DNA of 64,000 nt from Schizochytrium sp. TIO01. Taxonomy: Eukaryota; Protista; Bigyra: Labyrinthulomycetes. Numbering within the stretch: the stretch's first letter is position 1; the number at the start of each line of letters is the position of its first letter. The position numbers and the translations under genes were made by a program. The stretch covers positions 3,038,001 through 3,102,000 of the forward strand of contig SMSO01000034.1 in assembly GCA_004764695.1 (NCBI GenBank). The letters run 5' to 3'. The notes beneath the pieces were generated by a model that saw only the letters and a program-made list of their open reading frames with translations, did no database searches and was not told where the DNA came from. Positions 34,901 through 47,700 of the stretch are shown here, one piece after another.

Positions 34901-36364
34901 CACCGCGAGCCGCCGCGGAGGCGATGCGGGTCTGCGAAGGCGACGGCGGCTGCGCCAAGATTGATTTTGATCGACAATTTGATATGATCTTCTACTTGAA
35001 AAGAAAAGAACTTCTCTTTTCCTTCTTTATTCTCTCTTATACATAGATAGCATTCCGTATAATTAATTATTAGATGGACGTATCTTCTCACTTGTGTCTT
35101 ATTATTATGTTTTAATTACATTTTTCAATCTAAAAAAATAATAAAAAATCAGACTTATTTTGAGAATCGACAAACTCATCATGGGAACCGACCGCAAAAG
35201 GGCCAGCGAAAGGACGCAAAAACGATGCAAGCTCGCTGCGTAGATCTCCATCTTTGTGCTGCAATGAAGGGTAGATTAGATTTCAAGTGGGAGGTGCTTT
35301 TCTATTCTTCTTTGCTGTATGCTGCAATTCTCTAGAGTAATTATTCCATGATTTTTAATTCCTGAGACTCGGCTCCCGCTTTTTTCTTTAGTACCTAGTA
35401 CCGACCATGTGTTAGGTTTTGCCAGCTTCAGAGGGCTTCTTTCTCCTATGTTGAACTCTGCTTCGCCAAACGCGTGCTTTCTTTGGATGATATAGAGTGA
35501 GGATGATAGAGAACCCGCGAAAGCTTACAATTTGGATGTATTGGCCATGCTTATTTTAACTTTGACTCCAGGTTTCGGTTTCAGTAGTTCAAATTGTGCG
35601 ATTTGTGGAGTTAGAAAACACAGAATGAAATGAATGAAGCTACGGAGAATTATGGAGCACTACGTGCCAAGAAATCTTGCTTTCTTGAACTCGCATGGTC
35701 TTTGATGGTGATTGCGACGGCGATTCTACGTATGAAAGTAATATTGTTAGCCCTCTCCTCCCTCATTTCCACCCCTATCATCATAACATGAAGATGGAGA
35801 CGATTTGAGGGGAGATTAAATCTACAATGATTGCACGACACGGTGACGAGAAAGCTCACGAGTTTGGTTGATGTGCTATGAGCATTATTCTTGATGCTTG
35901 CGCACCTAATTTTTATTACAAAATAATAGAAGACACATGCGGAAAAGGAGGGTTGTTTGGTTGTTCAAGAGAGCCTCGCAGGAATTTACTCTTTAATTTG
36001 CCAAAAAGAGTAGACGTAATTTCGACAGTTATGGCAAATGAGCATAGCTCTGCCTCCAATAGAAATAAACGGGAGTGTGGTAAAGCGCAAGACGAGTAGG
36101 TAAGCGGAAACTACATAGCTCACAACGCTGACGCAAAGGCACATAGGTTCCTGAACTGCAAAGTCTATTGTAAGGCGCGAGAGTACATAACAAAATGTCA
36201 ATGTCACCACGGGGAGTGATATTCAATTTCAATATTTAAATGGACCAACAATATCTATGAAAGTGACTTTTTTCTTGAACTGCAAAATATAATTTACTGG
36301 TATGGTCATGAGAAATAAGAAGGTCTTGCTTTTTGCATAAATTAAGGAAAGGGACACTGTAGAA

Positions 36365-37432
36365 TCAGCAAATCAGTGTCTCATTCGTGAGTCCAGGTAG
36401 ATTCATATACGAGACATGGAACTCTCCGTCAAGGCACAGCTTGAAGCCGCCACAGTCAGCATTTTGACATTTTGAGTCCTCCCCATTCCCGGGGTTGCAC
36501 ATGCGGTAGGGACCAAGGGATGCCCCTGGCTTGGGTATTTCATAGTAGTATATTTCTGTAGACATATGGTGATACAAAAAAGGTAGCTTGGGGCATTGGG
36601 GTACGGGGTCATGATAATTGACTACACGAATCCATTGTGGCAGGAGGTGGTTAGCGTATGTAGCAAAAGCCTCATTTCCAACCCGAGGCTGACCAAATGT
36701 ATAGCCCGTAATGGTATACCCATGTTTGGCCAACGCAAGACCAGCATGGACTGCAATGGCAGCCCCTAGACTGTGACCGGTCACATAAACTAGGTATGTC
36801 TGGTAAGTTGTGCTCAAGTTTTGAACCTTTTCCATAACCTCATCATGAAGATCACGCCATGAAAGATAGAAACCTTGATGCACAAGACAACCATTACAAT
36901 ACTCATGAACAGGAGTGATATCTAGATCAAATATCCATTGCGCAGCTGCCACTGAACCTCGAAATGATACCACAATGTGTTTTGATGCCTCATCGTAACC
37001 AACCATGGCTTGATTGATTTCTACCTCATCCTGCATAACAAGTATGTCGCGTAGAGAGGGGGGTGGAGGAATTGGTGCAACGCCATGTTGGCAAATATGA
37101 CATGTCCATGATTCAAGAATGCTGCGATTTGAACACGAAACTGCAGCAGCATAAGCAACGAGTTCTTTTGCCAGAGACTCATTATAGCTAATTGCTATCG
37201 CAGGTCTAGGTTTATCTGGTATGAAGTTAACTTGCTCGTACAGGTATAACCCCCAGTATGTGCATAGCATTGCAAGAACTAGCACGTACAGTACGTGCAT
37301 GCATCGGAGGCTCCTTTCTTTGTCAGAAACTGCGTTCCTGGGCTCTGGTGACGACGGCGCCAGCAGGCTGATTGTTAGCCTTTCTGCATGATCCCCAGTT
37401 GTGTCCTCATGTTCTCCATCGTCGTCCAACAT
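36365..37432 (-). CDS. Class 3 lipase (alpha/beta hydrolase) with N-terminal membrane anchor
   Basis: IVVSFRGS, VHQGF, VTGHSLGAA, YTFGQPRVGN, RVVNYHDPVP, and C-terminal HVSY catalytic His. Confidence 0.95.
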   Translation of the reverse strand: MLDDDGEHEDTTGDHAERLTISLLAPSSPEPRNAVSDKERSLRCMHVLYVLVLAMLCTYWGLYLYEQVNFIPDKPRPAIAISYNESLAKELVAYAAAVSCSNRSILESWTCHICQHGVAPIPPPPSLRDILVMQDEVEINQAMVGYDEASKHIVVSFRGSVAAAQWIFDLDITPVHEYCNGCLVHQGFYLSWRDLHDEVMEKVQNLSTTYQTYLVYVTGHSLGAAIAVHAGLALAKHGYTITGYTFGQPRVGNEAFATYANHLLPQWIRVVNYHDPVPQCPKLPFLYHHMSTEIYYYEIPKPGASLGPYRMCNPGNGEDSKCQNADCGGFKLCLDGEFHVSYMNLPGLTNETLIC

Positions 37433-38493
37433 TTCAAAGACTTGCAACACAACCTAACTGTCAAGTTTCCCAAGGTCAGTAAGATCCTTTGCAGGAGTGC
37501 TATTGCCTACCCTGCCTTTTGGTTTCGAGAGGATTCCACTGTCAAGCTTTTGCTCTATCCCTGCCACAAAGCGCAACTTCACGCAGCCAGCAACTCTTTG
37601 AAAGAACAAATCACGCCCCTACAACGCCTTCTCCCGATAACGTCTTGCTTCAGCTGCACTCGCTCGAGGTCGCCAGAGGAGAACTTGGTATGGTCTAGGG
37701 CAACTTGAAGCTTCTTGGTCGCACACGCTCGAACGTTGTTACCTTCGTCAATCTTGGTTGGAATACAAGTACCTATTACCTACTACCCAATAATAGTCTC
37801 AAGAGTCTCATGAAATAAGAATCTCTACTCTTGAGCTCTATAGCGATGTAATCAGCCCAACGTTAAGCCCGCCCCGATACGCAGTTTACGAAGCTCTTGC
37901 AATCGTGTTCTGCTATCATTGGTGAATTCTTGCGTCTTGATGAGCTCGTAAATGTCACGAGACTCGTAATTGTAAGGTATGTCCTTATAACAAGAAATGT
38001 GCAAATTGAAGCGTGACCTTAGGAAAGAATGCAATAGAGTTGGTATTCCCAAGTCATCCGTCTAAGGTAGAACGACATTATCGAAAAGACCTCCGTCGAT
38101 CTCGCTGATTCTGCATCGCGAGGGCTGCTAGGTTTGCCATTCTGTATCCTACATGGCCAGGAACCGCGTTCACAAGTCAAAACTATGTTGAAGAATGATT
38201 CTACAACTTGAAGTGAGCTATAGCATAACTCAATATGTAACATTGGAATAATCAACATATTATAACCTCTTTTTCATAATTTAAAAAAAAGGTAAAACAA
38301 AAGTTTTAAGTTTAAACTCCAAAAGTTATTATTCATTTTGAAGAACAAAAAAAATGTAAAAGTTTTTGGCTTTGGTCAACTTGAAGATCAAACAAACAAT
38401 CGATCGATCAATCGATCGCACAAACGATCTCTCGATCGCTCCCTGCTGACAGGGCGCGAGAGGAGGAGCGTCGAATCGAAAGCACGCGGCGAA

Positions 38494-40962
38494 ATGGCGG
38501 GCCGCGGCCGTGGCATGGTCGTGCCCGCGTGGGTCTCCCGCGGCGGCAGCAACGGTGCGGCTCCTGCTCCAGGGCTCGCCTCCGGTAGCTCTCCATCTAA
38601 CCAAAACTCTAGTAATGGCCCGGGCAGTGGCATCCACGGCAACAGCGACCGCCATGGTCCTCGCGGTTCATCTCCGCGGAGCTCTTCACCTCGTGGTGGA
38701 AGCGGTAGCCGTCGTCGCGATGGTGATGACTTCCCTCGCCGGTCCCGTGATGACCGTCGTGATGACCGTCGTGATGACCGTCGTGATGACCGTCGTGATG
38801 GCCGTCATTCTTCAAATCATGATGGCCGCCGTGACCGCGACCGCGACCGCGACCGCGACCGAGACCGCGACCGCGACCGGTACCCTGGCCGTCGCGAGGG
38901 ACGGGTGTCTGGCTACCAGGGAGCGGCAGGTGCATCTTCTAACCACGCCGGCTCGGATCGTTCTCGTGTAGCTTCGGACGGCTGGGGCGAGCACAAGGCA
39001 GAAGATGGCACTGTGTACTACTTTAACCAGGTGACTGGCGAATCCACCTACGACAAGCCAGCTTCCTTGCTCACACATGTAGAGCGCAAGTTGCCTCAAA
39101 CATCGTGGCGCGCATACGCCCAGGACGGCAAGCTTTACTTTCACAATGCGGCCACCAACGAGACGACCTGGGAGGAGCCCATGGACTTCACCACTTACAA
39201 AGAGCGCCTCCGCGCTCTCTGCGACGGTGACGAGCCAACTAAGGACATGGACAGTCTTGCTGTCTTCAAGGCCGCCAAGGAAGCACTCGAGGCCTGCAAC
39301 GCAGGCCTAGGCGATGATCTTGCCGACGAGGATCTTCGGCGTAGCGAGCTGACGGTAAACAAAGTGGTGGCCGCTTGCGAGCGCGAGGATTACACAGTTG
39401 TGGCAGGCAACCTTGAAGCGCCGGCGGAGAGTGCAAAGTACCCAGGAGCAGTTGTGGGAGAGGTCCCTGCAGGTGTAGAGGGCGATGATGAGGCCTCCAA
39501 AGAAGCTGCAAAGAAGGCATTTCAGGACATGTTGCTAGAGAGGGAGGTTCCAGCAACTTGTGGGTGGAAAGACGCACTATGCTACGGAATTGCGAACGAT
39601 GTTCGGTTTCATGTTGTAAAAGGTGTGGAAAGGAAAAAAGAAGCCCTAGCAGAGTACGCTGTGTGGAAGGCAGAGGAGGACACAAGGCGGAAACAACAGC
39701 GTCTGGAGAAGGCCAGGGAAGACCTGCACCAGTTGCTGGAGCAACTCGCGCGTGAAGAGAGAATCGATGGACACGCAAGCACCAGAGCAGTGCTCGAAAT
39801 CCTCGAGAGCGAACATGGAAAGTCCATGGAGGCCTGGAGTCGAGAGGAACACGGAACACGGGAGGAAGACATTCACAGATTCCTGGACGAACTGTATGAC
39901 ATGGAGAAGAAGACTAGGGAGCAGAAGAGGGAAGCGGAAATGAAAGCTCTTGAAGAAGCTTTCAAGACGCTATTTGAAAGGCAGAAGATCCCTCTTGATG
40001 GCACGGCTGCATGGGAGGATCTGCGCCCAACCGTGATGGAATTTTTGGAGGAATCTGGTGGCGAGGTCAAGACTTTTAGCGAACTTGGAGAACGCGACCT
40101 GGAGGACTCGCTCGTCGAATTTATTCTTGGAGTTCGTAAGGAACGCAAGAGAGCTTTGGCAGAAGCTATTGAGAAGCTGCGGGATACCGACCTTAAAACA
40201 TCTCTCAAGGAGTTTCGATCGTGGTTCCAAGCAGCGATGCTCAGCAAACTTCGCACAGATGACGGTCTCCCAGAGAGCTTTAAGGCCTTACGGAAGTCAG
40301 ACCCTCAGTTTGTGGAAGAGGCGTCGAGACTTCCGAGTTTCGCTATTATTCGTGAAGCTGCTAAATCTTTGCCTCCGGGCCCTGATGGTGCTGCAAGTGA
40401 CTCTCAAGAAGCCCAGGATGACATGGCCTTTCTTGTGGTTAACGAAGATGCTAAACAAGTCTTGCACGATTTGCTAGATCAGGTCGAAGAGGCCTATAAG
40501 GTTATCAAAAGAGACCTTAAGGCCAACCGTGTCCGTGTAAAGCCATCCCTTGATTGGGATGACTCCAGTCGTATGGTATCAAACCTCGATGAGCTTGTGG
40601 AAAAGCTAGGCGAAGACGCTCGTCGTCAGGTTGAGGAAGGTTTTTCAGAGCAAGTGCAACAAGCTGCGGTGAAGCGTTTGGTCGCAGATGCTGACAAGAA
40701 GGTGCGCCGGCGTATGGAGGACTTCAAGGCTATGCTGCAAGATACAATTTGCCGTTCGAAACACATTGGCATGTCTTACGAAGATGCTTTGCGGCGAATT
40801 AAACGCGAGCCTGAGTTTGATGAACTTGGTAGCGAAAGCTTGAGAAGGCAAGTGTACGCAGATTACATGGTAGAATTTGAGGCCTCTAAAAAGCGCAAAG
40901 CAGATGACGATGCGGATGCGGATGACCGTAGTGAAGATACACGGAAACGAAGGCGCGAGTGA
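38494..40962 (+). CDS. PRP40/TCERG1-like splicing factor with two WW domains, FF-like repeats and an RD-rich N-terminus
   Basis: WGEHKAEDGTVYYFNQVTGESTYDKP and WRAYAQDGKLYFHNAATNETTWEEP; FF-like AKKAFQDMLLE..W..DVRF and FKAML..Y..EPEF; ATG at 38494. Confidence 0.88.
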   Translation: MAGRGRGMVVPAWVSRGGSNGAAPAPGLASGSSPSNQNSSNGPGSGIHGNSDRHGPRGSSPRSSSPRGGSGSRRRDGDDFPRRSRDDRRDDRRDDRRDDRRDGRHSSNHDGRRDRDRDRDRDRDRDRDRYPGRREGRVSGYQGAAGASSNHAGSDRSRVASDGWGEHKAEDGTVYYFNQVTGESTYDKPASLLTHVERKLPQTSWRAYAQDGKLYFHNAATNETTWEEPMDFTTYKERLRALCDGDEPTKDMDSLAVFKAAKEALEACNAGLGDDLADEDLRRSELTVNKVVAACEREDYTVVAGNLEAPAESAKYPGAVVGEVPAGVEGDDEASKEAAKKAFQDMLLEREVPATCGWKDALCYGIANDVRFHVVKGVERKKEALAEYAVWKAEEDTRRKQQRLEKAREDLHQLLEQLAREERIDGHASTRAVLEILESEHGKSMEAWSREEHGTREEDIHRFLDELYDMEKKTREQKREAEMKALEEAFKTLFERQKIPLDGTAAWEDLRPTVMEFLEESGGEVKTFSELGERDLEDSLVEFILGVRKERKRALAEAIEKLRDTDLKTSLKEFRSWFQAAMLSKLRTDDGLPESFKALRKSDPQFVEEASRLPSFAIIREAAKSLPPGPDGAASDSQEAQDDMAFLVVNEDAKQVLHDLLDQVEEAYKVIKRDLKANRVRVKPSLDWDDSSRMVSNLDELVEKLGEDARRQVEEGFSEQVQQAAVKRLVADADKKVRRRMEDFKAMLQDTICRSKHIGMSYEDALRRIKREPEFDELGSESLRRQVYADYMVEFEASKKRKADDDADADDRSEDTRKRRRE

Positions 40963-41667
40963 AGTCAACCAAGCAAACAAGATCTACAATAATGAAGAAC
41001 AAACTTTGAAGGTACTAGTACTATTAATCTGTCTTTCCTTAATTTTTGTCTTAGAAGAAAAGATTATTGGAACCGTGTTTTTTTTTTAAATAAAGAAAAA
41101 GGATGTCATCTTTTATTTGCCTTTCTATTTTATTTCTTCATGTGACACATCCGTGTTGAAAGAAACGTCGACGAGTAAACTACTTGAGGATCATTCACAC
41201 AAATAAACTGTAAAATCATTTCATAAACATTTCATTTTTTGACAGAAAGAAGTCTACAGTTTCGAAAGAATATCATTTGTAACTACAGAAGGATGCATGC
41301 AAAACAAACGATGTTCGAGACCTTTCATTCTGATTAAGAATGCTTAATCAAAAAATAATTGCTGGGAGGATCTAGGCAATCAAAAGTCCACCCCACCCAA
41401 ATACTCGTAATAAGTCTCACGAACAAATAGTATCGTGGAGCGCAACAAGTGGTAATGTCGCGATGGTTATAACATGTTCAATATTCAGACCACGGATCGG
41501 TAGCTGAAGTTGTTCGCCTGCCCTTATCATCAGCAAAATAAGGCTTCCTTTATTAGCGATCAGAACATTCTTCAGACGTGAACCTGGCCAGGTGATCTCC
41601 GTCTTGAAAACTGATTTCATGCATGCATGGGTATTAATAGGTTGTCAATCAATCAAACTCATCGTCA

Positions 41668-42807
41668 TTAGTCAAAGTCGAGACCTGTTTCTTGCTCAAT
41701 CCAAGATGTAAAAGAAGATACTTTGGTGTAAATACCATATTTGTTCTTGACACCACAGCCGTCACCCCAGCTCGTAATACCAACAAGAACAGGGCCAGCA
41801 CTATCGGTAGTTACAATAAGCGGGCCTCCCGAATCTCCACCGCAAGTATCCTTTCCCCCCTTCTTGTAGCCTGCACAAAGATTGGAGGAGAAAATCTCAG
41901 ACTTCTTGTAGGAACCCTTATGAGTGCATGTTTTTCGAGAAACGATGGGGATTTCCACCTTGCGAAGAGTGTCAACTCTCCAGCCTCCCTCCCATAACGA
42001 ACCCCATCCTAAAGCGGTCGCCATTTCATTCGATTCTTCCACGGTATGATTTGTAGTACTCAAGGTAACTACGTCGACTGACCTAGGCACTTTCTTGTTC
42101 AGTTTTAAGAGTGCAATATCATTCTCCTGAGTAGAGTCATCATACTCTGGATGAATTATGATTTTCTTAATCTTACGAACCGTAGACTTTCGCACAGAAA
42201 GAAGTGAAGGGTTGTTCAACACAACACGCTTCAACTTGTATTCGTTAAAACAGTGCGCAGCTGTCAGGACCCAATTTCTATCAATCAAACTACCTCCACA
42301 AATGTGAGCGTAATCACCTTCAAGCTTAACCTGCAGCGACGACATCCAAGGGTAAAGGTTCGACTCGACCGAGGTGCCACCAACAATTGTCGCCTTTGTT
42401 ACGTTGTATTTGGTCAATAAAAGCTCAAGGTCAGTATCGCCGCTGCTGTCATCGTCGTCATCACTTATTTTAGTGTTAAGGACAATGCCATCACTAGATG
42501 CTTCTTCAGAATCCAGCATAAGAAGTGAACGTATATGTGTAGGAATGTATAAGGATTTCTGGTCAATATGATCAATGTTGGCATTCACATTATGGCGCCC
42601 ATCCGTCTCAGGGAGGCCTGTTGTTCCATTGCTCGCAAGGTCTGAGACATTAATCTCCTGACTGGATCTGGGATCGTTTTCTGCATCGTCAGCAACAGCT
42701 CGAGCTTCATCAGCACGTGCCAATCCAGCCAGGAGTACCACCAGGATTATTGCCACAAGTGCTACCTGTCCGAGGCCTCCACCCATGCTGCTCCTGGCTC
42801 TGCGCAT
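41668..42807 (-). CDS. Secreted trypsin-family (S1A) serine protease zymogen
   Basis: Signal peptide, acidic propeptide, IVGG, CGGSLI..LTAAHC, NDIALL, DTCGGDSGGP, GITSWGDGC, GIYTKV. Confidence 0.97.
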   Translation of the reverse strand: MRRARSSMGGGLGQVALVAIILVVLLAGLARADEARAVADDAENDPRSSQEINVSDLASNGTTGLPETDGRHNVNANIDHIDQKSLYIPTHIRSLLMLDSEEASSDGIVLNTKISDDDDDSSGDTDLELLLTKYNVTKATIVGGTSVESNLYPWMSSLQVKLEGDYAHICGGSLIDRNWVLTAAHCFNEYKLKRVVLNNPSLLSVRKSTVRKIKKIIIHPEYDDSTQENDIALLKLNKKVPRSVDVVTLSTTNHTVEESNEMATALGWGSLWEGGWRVDTLRKVEIPIVSRKTCTHKGSYKKSEIFSSNLCAGYKKGGKDTCGGDSGGPLIVTTDSAGPVLVGITSWGDGCGVKNKYGIYTKVSSFTSWIEQETGLDFD

Positions 42808-44699
42808 GGTTCTTCAATACAGCTAGCTACTAACTTCGCTAGCCCCAACAAGTCCGAGGACCTACTAATTCAAGCGATATCAATTAAGGGGCCAAACTTA
42901 TTGCAGATTTGCTTTGAAATCCTTGGTCCGTTTGTTGAATTCCTCCGAAAGGATCCGCGCTTGGTAAGCAACCAATGTAAATTTATGTATTGGGATCTGA
43001 ACTAGAACGAGACTGGTTCTGCTTGAGTAGGCAGTCCTAAGAATACTACCACCAGGTAATGCAAACTTAAGGGCCGGAGCTTTGTTCAAGACGCGTGCGT
43101 GCACCCGGTTTGCTTTGGATATGTGGAGCCCAGCGTTGCAGGCCAGCGGCACGAAGGATGCCGAGTCGGATGTGCGCGGCCTCGTGTGCTAGCCAACTCT
43201 GTTTTGGGACTGCAGAGTGCTCACGCACGCCCCTGGGCGCTTGAGAACGTGGGTGGATCGACGTGTCGTCGCAGATTGATTGGGTTTTGTTTTCTTGCTT
43301 TTCTTTCTTTCTCTTTCTTTGTTTTTTTTCTTTGTTTCTTTATTTAGTTATGTGCCTTCTCTTTATTTCGAGCTACCTGTCATCTTTTCCATCGTGCAGC
43401 TTGGACGCAGACGCGTACAAAGCGCTCAGGGATGCCACCACTTCAAACCCTCGTAATGCTAAAGAAACTGCGCTTCGGAATAGGCTTAAAAGCCCATACG
43501 AAGTTCGCTTCAGCTCTACGCATAGACCTTTCAAAACGTGATCGCACTTGCACTGCTTTTATTTTACTTTATTATTTTTATAAATTACAAAATTAAATTA
43601 CAAAATTGACTAAAAAAAGAAGTTTTCAAATTTAAACTGCAAGCTTTTTTCCCTTTTAACACAATGCACTGATTTCCTTTTCATAACTCTAAAACCTGAG
43701 GACGACAATAGGCGTGAGGTCGCTTAGAAACCCTCAACCCATGTAGGTATACCGATTGCCCGTGCTCGTGCTAACGGAGTCAACACAACACTGTCGATTT
43801 CAGCTTCTGTGGGCTCCTAATCTCTGCCTTTGTACAGCAATCTTGAAACCTCAAATTGAAAACCTCTACTACCTAAACCAACGAAACCCTTAAAGTCAGC
43901 TGAATAACGTGAGTGTGTAGACACACATATAATATGCATACACATACATACACATACATCATACATACATACAACTGCGAGTGGGAAAACCTAATGAGGA
44001 AAGATGCTCAACTTGAGATATCCGATGCAAAGCATGATCATCTTTCATGGTAAGCACATGCCTTCGCCGCGCGACGAGACCTCTGCGGCGTCGAATGTCG
44101 GCGAACTTATTCAGCTTGGGCCCTCGCCTTTGCCTACTTTCTACCTGCCTTTCATTTGCGCGATCAGAGTTTCTTCTTTCTCGCGGCATCAATCATTCAT
44201 TCTTGAGTCATATTATTTTATTTTATTGTTGGAATAGTTTAATTGGTTAATACTTTGATTTTCTTTGGTGTTATAAGAAAAGACAATATTAAAAGCTTAG
44301 TTGGATGTACATAAACCTATATATAGATAGATAGATACAGAGGTGGGAAAGAAGTTGGCAGTCCGCCAAGATGGGAATGTTTGCTCTTTGTTCAGTCCCG
44401 GTGTAGAATGAAGAGCAGGACCGGATCAAGACAGCAAACTCAATTGCGACAGCCTCCCCAGCTTTGCAGGTTTTCGGAAACACGGCAGGCACAGCCTGTT
44501 TGCATGCAGATATGCGTTATATCTGCAATTACGAGTCTTCGTTTCTCTTTTCGCCCTTTTATGAGTGTCTCCATTCTTTTAACTTTTCGTGTTTTCGTGT
44601 TATATACTGCAGAAGAAGAGTAAGGGTAACATGACTGGAAAGAAACATGACTGGAAAGGTTGAACCCCACTTAACTTTGTTTGTTTGTCTTATTTAATA

Positions 44700-44737
44700 T
44701 AATAATAATAATAATAATTATTATTATTATTATTATT
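44700..44737. repeat. (AAT)n-(ATT)n palindromic microsatellite
   Basis: Head-to-head trinucleotide runs forming an AT-only inverted repeat. Confidence 0.9.
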
Positions 44738-47700
44738 AACCTAGTTGAAATAAATAGCTAGATAAATGCATATGATTAAGAGTTGAATTCGTGTTGCTGT
44801 ACACTGGTGAGAAGACGCGGAGGAGAATACTTTCAATGGAATTATACCGGAGCATGGGATTAGTTTTCCAAGTTCAAGGCCTCGCTGGTCGCCCAGGTCG
44901 TGCAAAAGATCAGGCCGCGGCCCCGACGGCCGTCTTTGGCAGCGGCGTCTGGCGGATTAGCAAACGGCGCTTACGCAAAAATTAATCTCGCTCTGCCTAC
45001 ACGAGCTTAACTCATTTCATCTAAAGTGTTGACGATGGTGAGGGGCCAAAGTGTGTTGACTTTAAAACATAAAGAACCATGGCGTCCAGACAAATGAAAA
45101 GCTGGCTAGCTAAAGCATTCTTGAGATTTGGTCAGTATTGCTTTCCAATAATAAACACGGGCGGAAGCAAGCACTTTCCACCGCCTACTTCCATGAGGGA
45201 ATGATTCTCAAATTGAGATTTCAGAGTGTGGTGATAGGTTCTTCATTCTAGTTTGCCTACTAGCCATGAATTATCAGAGACCTGGCTCGCAGCGACTGAC
45301 GGTGGACTTGGTAGACTCTGGACTAATGGCCTGCGCCATTCTTGCAGTTTCCCGGATAGCGCACGACTACCTACGTTCTTTGTGGCTTCGCAGTGGTTCA
45401 TTGCATAGCCTGAGATCGTAAATCAACTAGGCAGAACAAGATATGGAGGCTTGAACCAAGTTTGACGCTAAAGCATGCACAGGTGCCTATCTTGCACTTC
45501 AAGTTGACCAATTGATGCGGACTCACTATCAAGTACTACTTCAACCCGCCCAGAAACTAAATGCAGTACTTAGCTGAGGCCTGGGAAGTGCTAGCATCGC
45601 AGACTTTCTTAAATAGTCATCCTAGACTTTAATTTAAGCCAAGGCAATTGTTTTTGTTCTGACCGATATGTGTATTGATTGGTTCGTTGGTTCGCTGGTT
45701 CTCTTTTGTTGAAATGAATAGTGCCAGTTAGTTTTCAAGGAGAGATCAACTGAAATAACGAAATTGGACGGATTACTTTGAAGGGATATCTAAGTTCGGA
45801 ATAATTTGTAAAATGACTGATCATAGATTTTGTCACGCTACATGTATATTTTGCCCATCGTGTATTGTGTGTATATCATAATGGAGTTAGCGAAAGTTTG
45901 TCAGACGTTCACTTAATTCCTGGTCCCACGTTGGCGAAGAGATGGCTAGATTTTTCCGAATATTCTACATGATGACAATTGAACTTGCAATTACCAAGTA
46001 TTGACGTGTTGTGTTATTTGATTCTTTTCAGTTCCCACCCCCTGCATCTTGCGACGGCGTTTATCACTTTGCTATGCATAGCACTGTGCCAGCGCTAGCC
46101 AGCACTTGCCGTCGAGAATAAAATCATTGACTCTTGCATTTTCCTTCAATTATTTCTACCAGACAACAATCCTACGAAAGTCGCAGCAAATTTAACCAGA
46201 AATCTCGAAGCCTTATGCACTTCTATTTCCTCAAAGCACCCACTCCATGATCCACTGCCCCTGGCCAGTCAATTGTTTACTTGCCTACCTAATTCAATTA
46301 CATACTTTTGATACTCATTCATTTTCTTTTCTACATTGAGGTTATCCATACTAGCCTTTCATATCCTTTACATCTTTGTATGCTTTTATCGTAATTTTAA
46401 TCAATTGATTTATTTTAATTACAATAAATAATTTAAAACTTATTAATTAATTTAAATAATAATATGTTAATAAACAATATGGTAGGCTAGAGTTTAGAAA
46501 GAAGGAAGTCAAATGAAATGATGAGCTAAAGAAGCACAAGAAACTGAACAGCCTTTTCGATAAAACCAGAGGGTCAAGACATTCTAGCGCGCGCTCACTT
46601 GCTTGCTTTCTTGCTGACTTGTACATTTATAATTTAGTATCGTCGCCCCGACCTGCGTAAGCAGCATCTGCTATATACAGGATTGATTCGGTTGGTGCGA
46701 CAGTCAGGGAAGTCCCTGCTTGAAACGCCAGGACTGCCTGAGGAGGGGAAGCCAAACACTGCTCTACTGGTAGAGTAAACCATAGCAACCTTAGCTCATG
46801 GGTACGCTTTGCAGCAAAGCATCCGTTTGGTGCGGTACAAATAAACAAAACTCGAAGAGGCTTGCATCTAAATATGGACTTAATTCTACTCCTATAGGAG
46901 GAAATCTTAAGATATGCATTTGTGACTGCTCACGAGGCAGGTAGGTCCATGTTCTGCGTTCATGAGTCGGCGTTAGCGGGCGCGAGAAGTTTCGGCTATT
47001 GTGGCCAAGAAATGTTCTGTTGCTTATCTATGTATTTACATATATCTATGTATTTATATATATACTATTTTAAAATTAAATTTTATTACTATTTATAAAT
47101 AAATAAAAGTATTTTATTTTCGAAATTAAACTACAGGAGCTTCTTATCTCTATTTTATTTTTTTAATTTTAAAAATGTGTGTAGTTTGTTGTTTTGCAAG
47201 TGCTTACAAGAGCGGTAAGAGACTCCAAGTAGGGCAATTTGAGTGGAGAATCGAACGTTAGCGATGAAACGATGAGTGGGGATCTGTTTGTTGAAAACGC
47301 AAGGCAGCCGCTCGCGTTGCACAAGACCACAAGCATACTGCCTCTGTGAACTGCAGGTAGAACGACTGCGAATGGCTGTGCATGGTGCCTTTTTGTTTGT
47401 TTTTTAATTTGCATGATTTATGAAGAAACAAGTCAGGCTGAGATCTTGAAATGTCTCAAGAACAGTTCAAAACATCGCGTGACGAGATTCACGTGCTGTT
47501 CATCAGCACGTGAAGCACGCATTCCTAAACGACGGAGTATAAGTCTGCCGTGTGCTGGTTTGGTGGCCAGCTAGCAGCTCGCGCTCCTCAAGTCTGCCGA
47601 TGCCATGCGGCACGGCAAACTGTGCTCTTAACTTTTGGTTCTCGAATATGATCATTTAGACATCATGATGTGATTAGATGAGCCGTCCACGATGGCCAAG

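Noticed and set aside
38338-38493. TTG/GTG-initiated N-terminal extensions from the ORF track (also at 3200, 23251, 25540, 31941, 37450, 51578, 63074)
   Set aside because: Eukaryotic genes; the first in-frame ATG was used instead
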